From positions 6,402-70,401 of the forward strand of contig JALXBF010000006.1 of the NCBI GenBank assembly GCA_026991575.1: a stretch of DNA of 64,000 bases, written 5' to 3'. Source of the stretch: Planctomycetota bacterium. GTDB lineage: Bacteria > Planctomycetota > Planctomycetia > JALXBF01. Below the pieces are notes generated by a model, which was not told the origin of the DNA, did no database searches, and saw only the letters and a list, made by a program, of their open reading frames with translations. The position numbers were made by a program, and so were the translations under genes. Below, one piece after another: positions 18,357 through 27,576 of this stretch (its first letter is position 1; each line of letters starts with the position of its first letter).

Positions 18357-19769
18357 CTAGCCCACGGAGCCCTCCATCTGGAGTTCGATCAGCCGGTTCA
18401 TCTCCACGGCGTACTCCATGGGCAACTCCTTAACCAGCGGCTCGATGAAACCAGCCACGATCAACGTGGTCGCTTCCTGCTCGGTAAGTCCCCGGCTCAT
18501 GAGATAGAAGAGCTGCTCCTCACCGATTTTCGACACGCTCGCCTCGTGCCCGATCTGGACGTCGTCCTCCTCAATCTCGATGTATGGGTACGTATCGCTG
18601 CGGCTCTTCGGATCCAGGATCAGCGCATCGCAGACCACATTGGCCTTCGCCTTGCGGGCTCCCTTGGCAATGCGCAGCAGGCCGCGGTAACTGGTGCGGC
18701 CACCATCCTTGGAGATCGACTTAGAGATGATCCGGCTCGAGGTATACGGGGCCGCGTGGATGATCTTGGCCCCGGCATCCTGGTGCTGGCCACGGCACGC
18801 GAAGGCGATGGAGAGGATTTCGGCCCGGGCGCGTGGGCCGAGGAGATAGACGGCCGGGTACTTCATGGTGACCTTCGAGCCGATGTTGCCGTCGATCCAC
18901 TCCATCAGCGCATCTTCGTACGCAACCGCCCGCTTGGTCACCAGGTTGTACACGTTCGGCGCCCAGTTCTGGATGGTCGTGTACCGGCAGCGCGCACCCC
19001 GTTTGACGACGATCTCCACCACGGCGCTGTGCAACGAAGCGGTCGTATATAGCGGGGCCGTACACCCCTCGACATAGTGTACCTGAGCACCTTCCTCGAC
19101 GATGATCAGCGTCCGCTCGAACTGTCCCACCCGTTCAGCATTGATCCGGAAGTAGGCCTGCAGCGGGAAGCCCACCTTCACGCCGGCAGGCACGTACACA
19201 AAGGAGCCGCCGCTCCAGACGGCCGAGTTCAGGGCGGCGAACTTGTTGTCGGTCGGCGGGACGATCGTGCCGAAGTACTGGCGCACCAGGTCTGGGTACT
19301 GCTTGAGGCCTTCGTCCATGCTGAGGAAAATGACACCGAGCTTCTCCAGCTCCTCGCGGACGTGGTGGTAGACCACTTCGCTGTCATACTGCGCGCCGAC
19401 GCCGGCGAGGAACTTCCGCTCGGCCTCAGGAATACCCAACCGGTCAAACGTGCGCTTCAGTTCCTCCGGCACGTCGTCCCAGGTCCGTCCGACACGGTCC
19501 GTGGGCCGCACGTAGTAGCAGATGTCATCGAAGTTGATTTCCGAGAGGTCTGCCCCCCAGGTAGGCATGGGCTTCTGGAAAAAGATCTCCAGGGCTTTCA
19601 GCCGAAACTGGAGCATCCATTCCGGTTCGCCCTTGATGGCGGACATCTCGCGCACGACTTCCTCGGTCAAGCCCCGGCCGGCCTGGTAAACCGGCTTGAC
19701 CTCGTCGTGAAAGCCATACTGGTATTCGCTGACCCCCTGAATGGGCACGTTCTTTTCGGCCGTAGCCAT
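18357..19769 (-). CDS. sufB: Fe-S cluster assembly protein SufB (no intein)
   Basis: [68 protein letters not shown]; normal length of 470 aa. Confidence 0.97.
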   Translation of the reverse strand: MATAEKNVPIQGVSEYQYGFHDEVKPVYQAGRGLTEEVVREMSAIKGEPEWMLQFRLKALEIFFQKPMPTWGADLSEINFDDICYYVRPTDRVGRTWDDVPEELKRTFDRLGIPEAERKFLAGVGAQYDSEVVYHHVREELEKLGVIFLSMDEGLKQYPDLVRQYFGTIVPPTDNKFAALNSAVWSGGSFVYVPAGVKVGFPLQAYFRINAERVGQFERTLIIVEEGAQVHYVEGCTAPLYTTASLHSAVVEIVVKRGARCRYTTIQNWAPNVYNLVTKRAVAYEDALMEWIDGNIGSKVTMKYPAVYLLGPRARAEILSIAFACRGQHQDAGAKIIHAAPYTSSRIISKSISKDGGRTSYRGLLRIAKGARKAKANVVCDALILDPKSRSDTYPYIEIEEDDVQIGHEASVSKIGEEQLFYLMSRGLTEQEATTLIVAGFIEPLVKELPMEYAVEMNRLIELQMEGSVG

Positions 19770-19828
19770 GGTTTACTCCTCGCTCGCTTGGTAGCGACCG
19801 CAGTGAGTCACGCCCCGACGCTTTGGTC

Positions 19829-20662
19829 TCAGACAGCCGCCTGCTCCGAAGCCGCTTCGGCCGCTGCCTGTTCGGCCTCCAGTTCGGCTAGCAAGTCCTT
19901 GTACTTCTCACGGAAGGAGGCGTAGCCTTCCTCGTGGACGCGGTGAGCGAGTTGCCAGTCACCGGTCTCGACAATGCGGCCGGCAAGCATAATGTGGACG
20001 AAGTCTGGACGATTGTGTTCCAGCAACCGCTCGTGGTGTGTGATGATCAAGAAGCCGGTCTCCGGACCCCGCATCCGGCGGATCCCCTCAGAGACCACGC
20101 GCACCGCATCGGAATCCAACCCGCTGTCGGTCTCATCGAGGATCGCGAACTTGGGCTTGAGCAACAGCAGCTGCAGGATCTCACACCGCTTTTTCTCGCC
20201 CCCGGAGAAGCCTTCGTTCAGATAACGGCGGGCAAAGCTGGGGTCCATCTCCAACAGCTTCATCGCCTGCATCAGTTCCTGACGGAACTCACGCATCGGG
20301 ATCAGCTCCTCGCCCTCCTTGCGCTCAGGATTGCGGATGTTGCTGACGGCGTGGCGCAGAAAGTTGGCGACGGTCACCCCCGGGATCGCAACCGGGTACT
20401 GGAAGGCAAGGAACAGTCCCTGGCGTGCGCGTTGGTCCGGCGACAGCTCCAGTAGATCGGTCCCGTTAAGGGACACCGACCCTTCGGTAATCTCGTAGCC
20501 CGGGTGGCCCATGAGGGCATAGGCAAGCGAGCTCTTGCCCGAGCCATTCGGGCCCATCAGCGCATGCAACTCTCCTTGGCGAATGGTTAGGTTCACGCCG
20601 CGCAGGATCGGCTTTCCCTCAACGGACACATGCAGGTTTTCAATCTTCAACGTCTTACTCAT
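19829..20662 (-). CDS. sufC: Fe-S cluster assembly ATPase SufC
   Basis: MGPNGSGKS Walker A, FLAFQYPVAIPGV, NEGFSGGEKKR, LDETDSGLD. Start at ATG 20662. Confidence 0.97.
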   Translation of the reverse strand: MSKTLKIENLHVSVEGKPILRGVNLTIRQGELHALMGPNGSGKSSLAYALMGHPGYEITEGSVSLNGTDLLELSPDQRARQGLFLAFQYPVAIPGVTVANFLRHAVSNIRNPERKEGEELIPMREFRQELMQAMKLLEMDPSFARRYLNEGFSGGEKKRCEILQLLLLKPKFAILDETDSGLDSDAVRVVSEGIRRMRGPETGFLIITHHERLLEHNRPDFVHIMLAGRIVETGDWQLAHRVHEEGYASFREKYKDLLAELEAEQAAAEAASEQAAV

Positions 20663-20702
20663 GCTCCCTGTGCCCCGTGTGTGGGTCACTGTGCGGCGTC
20701 CG

Positions 20703-21305
20703 CTAAGCAGACGCCTCTTCTGAGGCCGACACCCGATAGTCCTCCGGCTTAATGGGCAGCTCCGGGTAGCCGGTGTGGTGCGGGACGGGCAGCTCGTCGG
20801 TGGCATCCCGAGCGATCCGCTCAGCCCGTACCCGGTCCTGCACCCGCATCAGCCCCTCCAGCAGCGCCTCGGGCCGCGGCGGGCAACCCGGCACATACAC
20901 GTCCACCGGGACCACCAGGTCCACCCCTTTGACCACGTGGTAGCCGTACTTGAAATAAGGGCCACCACCGCAGACGCAAGCGCCCATGGCGATGACATAC
21001 TTCGGATCGGGCATCTGGTTGTACAGCCGCCGCACCCGGCTGGCCATCTTGTAGGTCACGGTCCCGGCGACGATCATCAGATCGGCCTGCCGGGGCGTGG
21101 CACGGAAGGCTCCGGCACCGAAGCGATCGATATCAAAGCGGCTGCAGCCAACGGCCATCATCTCGATCGCACAGCACGCGAGCCCGAAGGTCAACGGCCA
21201 CAGGCTCGACTGCCGTGCCCAGTTGATCGCCTGCTCCAGGCTGGTGATCACCACGCCCTCGGAGAACCGATCTTCGATCCAGGGAGTTCGTCCGTCGTGC
21301 GGCAT
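20703..21305 (-). CDS. nuoB: NADH-quinone oxidoreductase subunit B-like [4Fe-4S] protein (orphan; no other nuo genes in window)
   Basis: [65 protein letters not shown]; GGAGG RBS before ATG 21305. Confidence 0.93.
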   Translation of the reverse strand: MPHDGRTPWIEDRFSEGVVITSLEQAINWARQSSLWPLTFGLACCAIEMMAVGCSRFDIDRFGAGAFRATPRQADLMIVAGTVTYKMASRVRRLYNQMPDPKYVIAMGACVCGGGPYFKYGYHVVKGVDLVVPVDVYVPGCPPRPEALLEGLMRVQDRVRAERIARDATDELPVPHHTGYPELPIKPEDYRVSASEEASA

Positions 21306-21401
21306 CGGCCACCTCCAACGTGCTTCTGCCCACGGAGCGCCCCCGCGAGCGCCACGAACCGGAATTGTACCGGCGGGCGCCCCGGTCCCAGCCTTCAACG
21401 C

Positions 21402-22034
21402 TTACCGCCCTGCAGCACACTCACGTACCTCGAACTCACAACAACGAGCCCCGTTCAGGCGGCACTGCGTCAGCCGGACGTTGGCATCAAGCGCGGTGCT
21501 GAGCACGCGTCGCTCGATGCCGCAAACCTTGCGATCCCCATCGGCCAACTGCTGGTACGGACAACTCAGCAGTCGCAGCGCCAGCGAGCCGTCCGTGGAC
21601 GTGGCCATTTCCGCCAGGATGCCACGCCGCCGGAACAGCGCTACAAGCCGCCCCAGCCGCTCGGCCAGCGACCGGCCCGAAACCAACGCGCGGTACGTGC
21701 GCCCCAACCGATCGCCCACCTGCTTCAACAACCGGATGGCCAGCGGGCGATCGGCCTGCGCGTCGATCTCGTTCCAGAGGGCGATTGCCAGGTCGGTGAA
21801 GTTGTTGCCCAGCTCGCTGCGGACGTCGCTGGGCACGAAGTACACGTGGCGCGGCCGCCCGCGGCCATACCGCTGCTGACGCCGCTCCACGAGTCCTCGG
21901 GCCATGAGCCGGTTCAGGTGGTGCCGGACCGCCGTGGCCGTGATCGAGCACGCCTCGGTCAGCTCCTGCACCGTCTTGGGCCCTTCGGCCAGCAGTACCT
22001 GCAAAACCAAATCTTCTTCCACGACGACCGCCAT
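21402..22034 (-). CDS. sufR: SufR-type Fe-S-responsive HTH transcriptional regulator
   Basis: N-terminal wHTH (TVQELTEACSITATAVRHHLNRL...GRPRHVY); C-terminal CPY-x-C...E...C...CC ligands; heads the suf cluster. Start ATG 22034 lies downstream of the predicted promoter. Confidence 0.8.
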   Translation of the reverse strand: MAVVVEEDLVLQVLLAEGPKTVQELTEACSITATAVRHHLNRLMARGLVERRQQRYGRGRPRHVYFVPSDVRSELGNNFTDLAIALWNEIDAQADRPLAIRLLKQVGDRLGRTYRALVSGRSLAERLGRLVALFRRRGILAEMATSTDGSLALRLLSCPYQQLADGDRKVCGIERRVLSTALDANVRLTQCRLNGARCCEFEVRECAAGR

Positions 22035-22073
22035 GACTGCCCTCGGATGCGCTGCGTTGAGTCGTCCCGGAGG

Positions 22074-22102
22074 ATTGTACGCCCGGCAAGCAATTTTGAC
22101 AA
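22074..22102 (-). promoter_or_regulatory. sigma70-type promoter for the sufR-nuoB-suf operon
   Basis: Minus strand TTGTCA (22102-22097) - 17 nt - TACAAT (22079-22074), 40 nt upstream of sufR ATG, in an AT-rich patch. Confidence 0.75.
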
Positions 22103-22425
22103 CCAATATAGCGAAAAACAACGTCCGCACGCGCGACCGGCCGAGCGCACGAATCGGCTCCTGTCAAGCTGGCCACGTCAGTTCCGGGCGTCTCCGATCG
22201 CTACGGACCGCTCAACGACTTCAGCACCCCCAGCCGCCAGTTGCGCTACGGACAGCGCAGCCGGGGCCAGAAGGCAGCTGGTTGCGCAATCGAAGGGGGC
22301 AGGAACGGGCGATAACCACCAAAGGCAACGGCTGAACGTGCGCACGGAGTGTGGCCAGTACACGATGCTCGAAGGATCGAGGGCTTCCCAATGGACCACG
22401 CGGTACGGCGCAGAAGGTGGCACCC

Positions 22426-23241
22426 ATGGAACGCGACGTCAAAGTGGGCCTGGTCCTCGGCGTGTTGCTGGTCGCGGTGATCGCCGTCGTCTTCTTCCGG
22501 CGCGAGCCGCAGCCACCGACCGCGGCGGTTGCCGTCTCGAGCTCCACGGAGCCAACCCCCGACGAGCTGCCGGTCATTCGTACTCGACCCGAGCCGTATC
22601 ATGTCTCTCCGGACTACCTGCGCCGGCTGCTCAGCCCTCGCCTGGCACAGCACGCCAACTCGGACGAGCCGCAAAGTGCCGCCCGACCGGCCGACGCGCC
22701 GCCGCCTGAGGGCGAGCTCCGCTCGGAGCGATCCTCTGACCACCACCAGAAACCACCGGAAGTCCCCACCGACCCCACGCCCGAACCTCCTCCCTCACAG
22801 GTGCCACCTTCCCCCGCCGAGTTGCGTGCGGCACCCCGTCCGGGCAGCAAGTACGTGGTCCGACCGGGCGACACTCTGGCCAGCATCGCGGAGGCAGCCT
22901 ATGGCAGTCAGCGGTACTTCCGGGTGCTCTACGAAGCGAATCGCGACGTGCTGGTCTCACCCGGTGAACTGCCCGTGGGCATTCTTATTCACATCCCACC
23001 TCTGGACGAGCTGCAGACAGCAGGGGATGCCGACCGACGGTCGGTCCGCCTTGCGGCCACGGCCGACGAAAGGTCGTCCCGCGGCCGGGTGTATCGGGTT
23101 CGCCCAGGCGATACGCTACGGTCGATCGCCCGCCGGTTCTACGGCGATGAACGGATGTACCGCAGGATCTTCCGGGCCAACCGGGACCGCCTCGCCTCTC
23201 CGGCCGATCTCCGGCCAGGCATGGAGCTAAAACTCCCCTGA
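22426..23241 (+). CDS. Membrane-anchored protein with two LysM peptidoglycan-binding domains
   Basis: N-terminal TM (VGLVLGVLLVAVIAVVFF), Pro-rich linker, YVVRPGDTLASIA...YEANRD and YRVRPGDTLRSIA...FRANRD. Confidence 0.9.
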   Translation: MERDVKVGLVLGVLLVAVIAVVFFRREPQPPTAAVAVSSSTEPTPDELPVIRTRPEPYHVSPDYLRRLLSPRLAQHANSDEPQSAARPADAPPPEGELRSERSSDHHQKPPEVPTDPTPEPPPSQVPPSPAELRAAPRPGSKYVVRPGDTLASIAEAAYGSQRYFRVLYEANRDVLVSPGELPVGILIHIPPLDELQTAGDADRRSVRLAATADERSSRGRVYRVRPGDTLRSIARRFYGDERMYRRIFRANRDRLASPADLRPGMELKLP

Positions 23242-23309
23242 CCGCCCTGGTCGGTTGCCGCCCGCTTCGACCCGATTCGGGCCCGGGAGTGGCCGGACGG
23301 GTCGACCGT

Positions 23310-24203
23310 CTAGAACAGTCGTCCCTGGCGTGCTGGTCCCTCGGTCGATGGGACGGCGATGTCTTTCAGACGCGGGTAGTGCTCGATGAGCCCCGGTGGC
23401 GCGTGGACCTTTTGTCCCGTAAGCATGTGCTTCAGCTCAAGCGCGTTAACCACCGCCTGGGCCCGGTAGTGATTGTTGCAGAAAACGAACGTCTTCTCCG
23501 CCTCCCCCTGTACCTTGCGGATCCGCGGCACCCACTCGGCGAGCTCCTCGCGACTGTACAGATAGTCGTACCGTTCATGAGCCTCTTCGTGCTGGAACCA
23601 CTTCGAAGCGTTTCGCCCATGGAGCCGCACGTACCCGATTGGCCCGATGACCAGGTCCGTCGGCGGCAAGCAGTGGTGCAACCTGGGCTGATCGATGTTG
23701 CAGAACCCGAGCCCCAGTTCTCTCAGTGTCCGCAATGCCTCTGGGGCCAGCCACGAGTCATGCCGCACCTCGACGACCACCGGCACGAAGCGGCGTAAGG
23801 GAGCGATGACCTCTTCCAGCCAGGCAACGTTTTCGGGCAGATAGCGGAAGGACCAGGGGAACTGGGCCAACAGCGCTGCCAGACGCCCGGCCTCGACCAC
23901 CGGCTCCAGCCCCTCCAGGAACTGGTCCACCTCCTGCTGAGATGGCGGCTGCTCCCGATCGTGCGTGAACCGGCTCCAGAGCTTGGCTGTCAGCATGAAG
24001 TCAGGCGCACTTTGCAGACGGCGGGCCCAGCTGCGTGCCGTCCTGGCATCGATTGGCCGGTAGTACGTCGCGTTTACCTCTGCGGCATCCACGTACCGCG
24101 CCAGGTACCGCAGCGGGTCCATGGCCCGCCCCTCTCCGAAGAAGATCTCCTTCCAGTCGTCGTAATACCAGCCCGACGTGCCGAGGTAAAGTCGGTGGTT
24201 CAT
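23310..24203 (-). CDS. DUF72 (YecE-like) protein
   Basis: LGTSGWYYDDW, EVNATYYRP, LLAQFPWSF, VEVRHDSW, YVRLHGRN, RYDYLYSREEL, FCNNH. Confidence 0.92.
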   Translation of the reverse strand: MNHRLYLGTSGWYYDDWKEIFFGEGRAMDPLRYLARYVDAAEVNATYYRPIDARTARSWARRLQSAPDFMLTAKLWSRFTHDREQPPSQQEVDQFLEGLEPVVEAGRLAALLAQFPWSFRYLPENVAWLEEVIAPLRRFVPVVVEVRHDSWLAPEALRTLRELGLGFCNIDQPRLHHCLPPTDLVIGPIGYVRLHGRNASKWFQHEEAHERYDYLYSREELAEWVPRIRKVQGEAEKTFVFCNNHYRAQAVVNALELKHMLTGQKVHAPPGLIEHYPRLKDIAVPSTEGPARQGRLF

Positions 24204-24331
24204 GGTCGGGTCCGTGGGTTGTGGGCCGTAGCTTGAAACAGGGTAACCGGCAGTGACGTCAGAGTCGGTTCATTCGGTGGTTCGACCAGCGGCGACACGG
24301 CTGCTGCCACGGAGCGGGGGAAGTTTTCGAC

Positions 24332-24337
24332 TATAAT
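24332..24337 (+). promoter_or_regulatory. Possible -10 element upstream of the giant-protein pair
   Basis: Perfect TATAAT 48 nt before GTG 24385; no convincing -35. Confidence 0.35.
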
Positions 24338-24384
24338 GCGCGCCAGGATGAATCGGGCACGTCTTTCAGCTCGACAGAGGCAAC

Positions 24385-27300
24385 GTGGTGCGTCAACGAT
24401 TCGCGAAACCCCTGTGGATTCTACTGGTTTGCGCGGCAGTATGCCCGTGGCCGGCGGTGCTGGAGCATGCGTCGGCTCAGCAAGCTCAGCCTCCGCTGCC
24501 GCCTGAGCTACTTTCCTATCGCAGGCTTTCGGTGTTCTATATCGCCAAGGACCTGGACAGTGCGCTTCAGCCGGTTGCGCGTGCGGATGCTGAGCCGCAG
24601 GCTGCCCTGCCCGGGCGGCCTCGTGTGCTGCCGGCAGAAGTGCACGCCACAGGCCGTGTTGATGGCGCCGTGGTCCGGCTGACGTTCACTGTCGACGTGG
24701 TCGCAGGTCCGGCTGGCGCCCTCTGCGTGCTCGGCCTCGGCAACGCGGTCCTGGAGGGAGCCCGCGCCGCCGTTGGCCAGGGGCTTGCTGTGCTGTGGCA
24801 CGAACAGCTCGGTTACCTGCTCGAACTGCCAGGTCCGGGCCGTTACCAGGTCCAGCTCCAAGCAGTCCTCCCGGCACTAAGGCTGAACCAGGGTGGTGCG
24901 TTGCGTCTGGCACTACCTGGTGCGCCCGTGACAGGGATCGCGCTTGACTTGCCAGCCGGGACCAGCTTCGTCCAGATCCTGCCGGACCGCCCGCATCGAC
25001 TGGAGCAGCGAGACGGCAGCGGTGCTCGTTTGACTGTCGCCGCCGGCAGCGTCCGGGAGCTGCTGGTCCGCTGGGCCGACAGCCCCCCTCAGTCCCCGCG
25101 CGTGGCCCGGTTCGTGGTCAGCCAGAGTCGCGTTTGGGCCAATGATCGGGCGGTCACGTTGCAGAGTGAGCTGAGGCTGACGGCAGCCGAACCGGTCGCT
25201 AGCTGGCAGATCGAGTTGCCGGCCGGGGCCCGGTTCATATCGGCCGAACCGGTGGGGGAGGCCCGTTTCGACCGGATTCTCAACACGGAAAAAGGGCGGA
25301 CGACGCTACGACTCGAAGCAATCGACTCGCGGTTCAGTCACGCGGAGCTCCGGCTTGAGCTTCAGTTCCCCTTCGACCGTGAGGGTCGTAGCCGCGTGGT
25401 GGGTGTTACCGTCGCCGACGCGGCCGAGCACACCGGGTGGGTCGTACTTCAACTTGATGTAGACAGCCAGCTTGGTGTCACGGCCACCGAGCATCTCGTG
25501 CCCCGCGACCCGGCCGACTATCCGGGAGAGCTGCCGCAGGACGGACCGCTGTATGTGTGGCGGGTTGGTGGGGCACCGTTTGCATTAGAGCTGCAGCGGT
25601 TCGCAGTGGCCGGGCCAGTACGGGCAACCGTAGACGTGGCTGCGCTGGCCGAGGAGGCGTCGACGGCCGTGGCCGCCCGTTTCACGCTGCGTGCCAACAA
25701 GCCACTGGAAGCTGTCGAAGTAGCTCTGCCCCGGGACGTCGCCGGGTTACAGCTGGCGACGCAAGAGATGGTTCATGCCGTGCCCCCGGTGGAACTGGAC
25801 ACAACGGGCCACTACCCGGAGCGGGTCACGATCCGCTCGCCGCGCCGCAGCAGCACCACGTTCTCGTTCACGCTGACGTATCGCGTACCGCACGTCACCG
25901 CTGGACCGTCAGCCCCCCGCACCGTCCCCCTGCCGGCGCTGCTTGGCGCCCAGCCGGAGCGAGTCCGCGTGCTGATCGCCGCAACGGATGCGCCAGCTTG
26001 GCTCGTCGCCCCCGAGGCCAGGGAGACGCACGCCGACTTTGACGGGGCAACTGCCCTGCTGGCTCTACTTCAGCAGCAAGCCCGGGTCATCGTCCGCGCT
26101 TACGAACTGGTCGCGCCCCGACTGCCCCAGCTCACGATCCAAAAGGGCTCGCCGGCCCTCAGCTACCATGGTGACGCTCAGGTGAATATCACGCTGGTCG
26201 ACGGCAGGCTGCGCGTTGAGCAAGCGCTCCGCTACACCCCGCCCGACGTGCTGCTCCGTGGCCTGGAACTGCTCGTGCCAGCCCCGCTGGAACATTCCAT
26301 CCGGTGGCCTGAACAGCTCCGTGTCCAGCCGCTCGGCAACGGCCGTTATCTGGTGCAACCAACGGTCGCATCCGACCAACCCGGAACCGGATCGGTCCGC
26401 TGGCAGTTTGATCTGGCAGTGCCTGAGGATGGCCCGCTGAGCTTGCCACTGGTCGTTCCCGACAACTTACCGGTCACGTGGACAGAGCTTCTTGCCGAGC
26501 TGCCGGCTTCTCTGCGACTCCGGGTGGCGGATGCCGGCTGGCACGAAGCGGGACTGGAAGCCCGTGACGACGCGGCCACGATCCGATGGCGGTGGTACCG
26601 GCCGGAGAACGTGCCGACACAGGCGAAGTTGACCATCGAACGCATCGGTGCTGCCCTCGGGTACGGTTGGTTTGCCGATCGTGTGCTGTATCGTGTGGCA
26701 TTTGAGCCACCTGACGGCCTCCGCTGGCGCTGCTCCTGGCGGTTCACGCGCCTCCGCACCTCCGAAGTAACACTCCGAGTGCCGTCCGGTGCCACGGTCG
26801 TTGAAGTGACCGTTGACGGTAAGCCGGCTGCCTGGGGAGCGGTGGCACAGAACCAGTATCGGGTACAAATCCCGCAAGCACGTGGCTCAGCCCGTCTGCT
26901 CAGCGTGGCCATGGTGCAGCGGTTGGACAGGCCGCTGGGACTGGTACGGAACCTGAGTCTCACCCCCCCGAACCTGTCGGGTTCTGGCATCTTGGGCGAG
27001 ACGCTCTGGGAGTTGCGGCTGCCTCCGCTTCTGCATCCGCTGCTAGGCGGGACCAACTATGTGCCGCTGGTAACGTTTCGCCTCAGCGCAGCCCCGGGCT
27101 GGTTTACTGCCGCACTGGGACCCGATGAGCTCGCAGCATGGATCGGCCAAGGCCACGACCAAGACGCTGCCAAGGCGCCAACTCCGGTTCCCAGGGCCGT
27201 GCTGTACGCTCCCGCCAACGGCGGCCCACTGCGGCTGGCGGTGGTCGCACTGGCGTTACTGGCACTGGTCGCCGCTCTAGCGGCGTTCCTGATCACCACC

Positions 27301-27576
27301 CTTATGTTCCTTCTGCCGAAACAACTCGCGCAAGCCACCGGTGCCCTTACGCTGGCGGGCCTTCTGCTGTTGGCCTGGTGGGATCTGCCCACGGCGGTGC
27401 TGGTCATCCAGTATGGCATCGTCGGCGGACTCATTGCCGTGGCAGCAGCCCTGGTGCGTCGCCGGCTAGAGCTTGAACGTGTCCGACGTGAGCTCTTCCG
27501 GCCGGCCGTGCCACCAAGCAGCTCCGTAGCACGCGACAGCCGCGCTGCGGCCGAAGTGGCCTCGGAGGTCCGCTGA
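24385..27576 (+). CDS. Large hypothetical membrane protein (1063 aa): signal peptide, about 5 beta-rich modules, 3 C-terminal TM helices
   Basis: Leader ending HASA|QQ; recurring xLPxG motif (LDLPAGTSF, IELPAGARF, LRVPSGATVVEVTVDG); hydrophobic C-terminus; no catalytic motif recognised. Confidence 0.85.
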   Translation: MVRQRFAKPLWILLVCAAVCPWPAVLEHASAQQAQPPLPPELLSYRRLSVFYIAKDLDSALQPVARADAEPQAALPGRPRVLPAEVHATGRVDGAVVRLTFTVDVVAGPAGALCVLGLGNAVLEGARAAVGQGLAVLWHEQLGYLLELPGPGRYQVQLQAVLPALRLNQGGALRLALPGAPVTGIALDLPAGTSFVQILPDRPHRLEQRDGSGARLTVAAGSVRELLVRWADSPPQSPRVARFVVSQSRVWANDRAVTLQSELRLTAAEPVASWQIELPAGARFISAEPVGEARFDRILNTEKGRTTLRLEAIDSRFSHAELRLELQFPFDREGRSRVVGVTVADAAEHTGWVVLQLDVDSQLGVTATEHLVPRDPADYPGELPQDGPLYVWRVGGAPFALELQRFAVAGPVRATVDVAALAEEASTAVAARFTLRANKPLEAVEVALPRDVAGLQLATQEMVHAVPPVELDTTGHYPERVTIRSPRRSSTTFSFTLTYRVPHVTAGPSAPRTVPLPALLGAQPERVRVLIAATDAPAWLVAPEARETHADFDGATALLALLQQQARVIVRAYELVAPRLPQLTIQKGSPALSYHGDAQVNITLVDGRLRVEQALRYTPPDVLLRGLELLVPAPLEHSIRWPEQLRVQPLGNGRYLVQPTVASDQPGTGSVRWQFDLAVPEDGPLSLPLVVPDNLPVTWTELLAELPASLRLRVADAGWHEAGLEARDDAATIRWRWYRPENVPTQAKLTIERIGAALGYGWFADRVLYRVAFEPPDGLRWRCSWRFTRLRTSEVTLRVPSGATVVEVTVDGKPAAWGAVAQNQYRVQIPQARGSARLLSVAMVQRLDRPLGLVRNLSLTPPNLSGSGILGETLWELRLPPLLHPLLGGTNYVPLVTFRLSAAPGWFTAALGPDELAAWIGQGHDQDAAKAPTPVPRAVLYAPANGGPLRLAVVALALLALVAALAAFLITTLMFLLPKQLAQATGALTLAGLLLLAWWDLPTAVLVIQYGIVGGLIAVAAALVRRRLELERVRRELFRPAVPPSSSVARDSRAAAEVASEVR

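Noticed and set aside
18357-19769. Possible SufB intein
   Set aside because: Length (470 aa) is normal and the GCTAP region is uninterrupted.
18045-19925. 335-aa and 282-aa plus-strand ORFs
   Set aside because: Antisense shadows of sufB and sufD with no independent features.
20775-22709. 644-aa plus-strand ORF
   Set aside because: Antisense to clearly real nuoB and sufR, no recognisable motifs; a typical high-GC shadow ORF.
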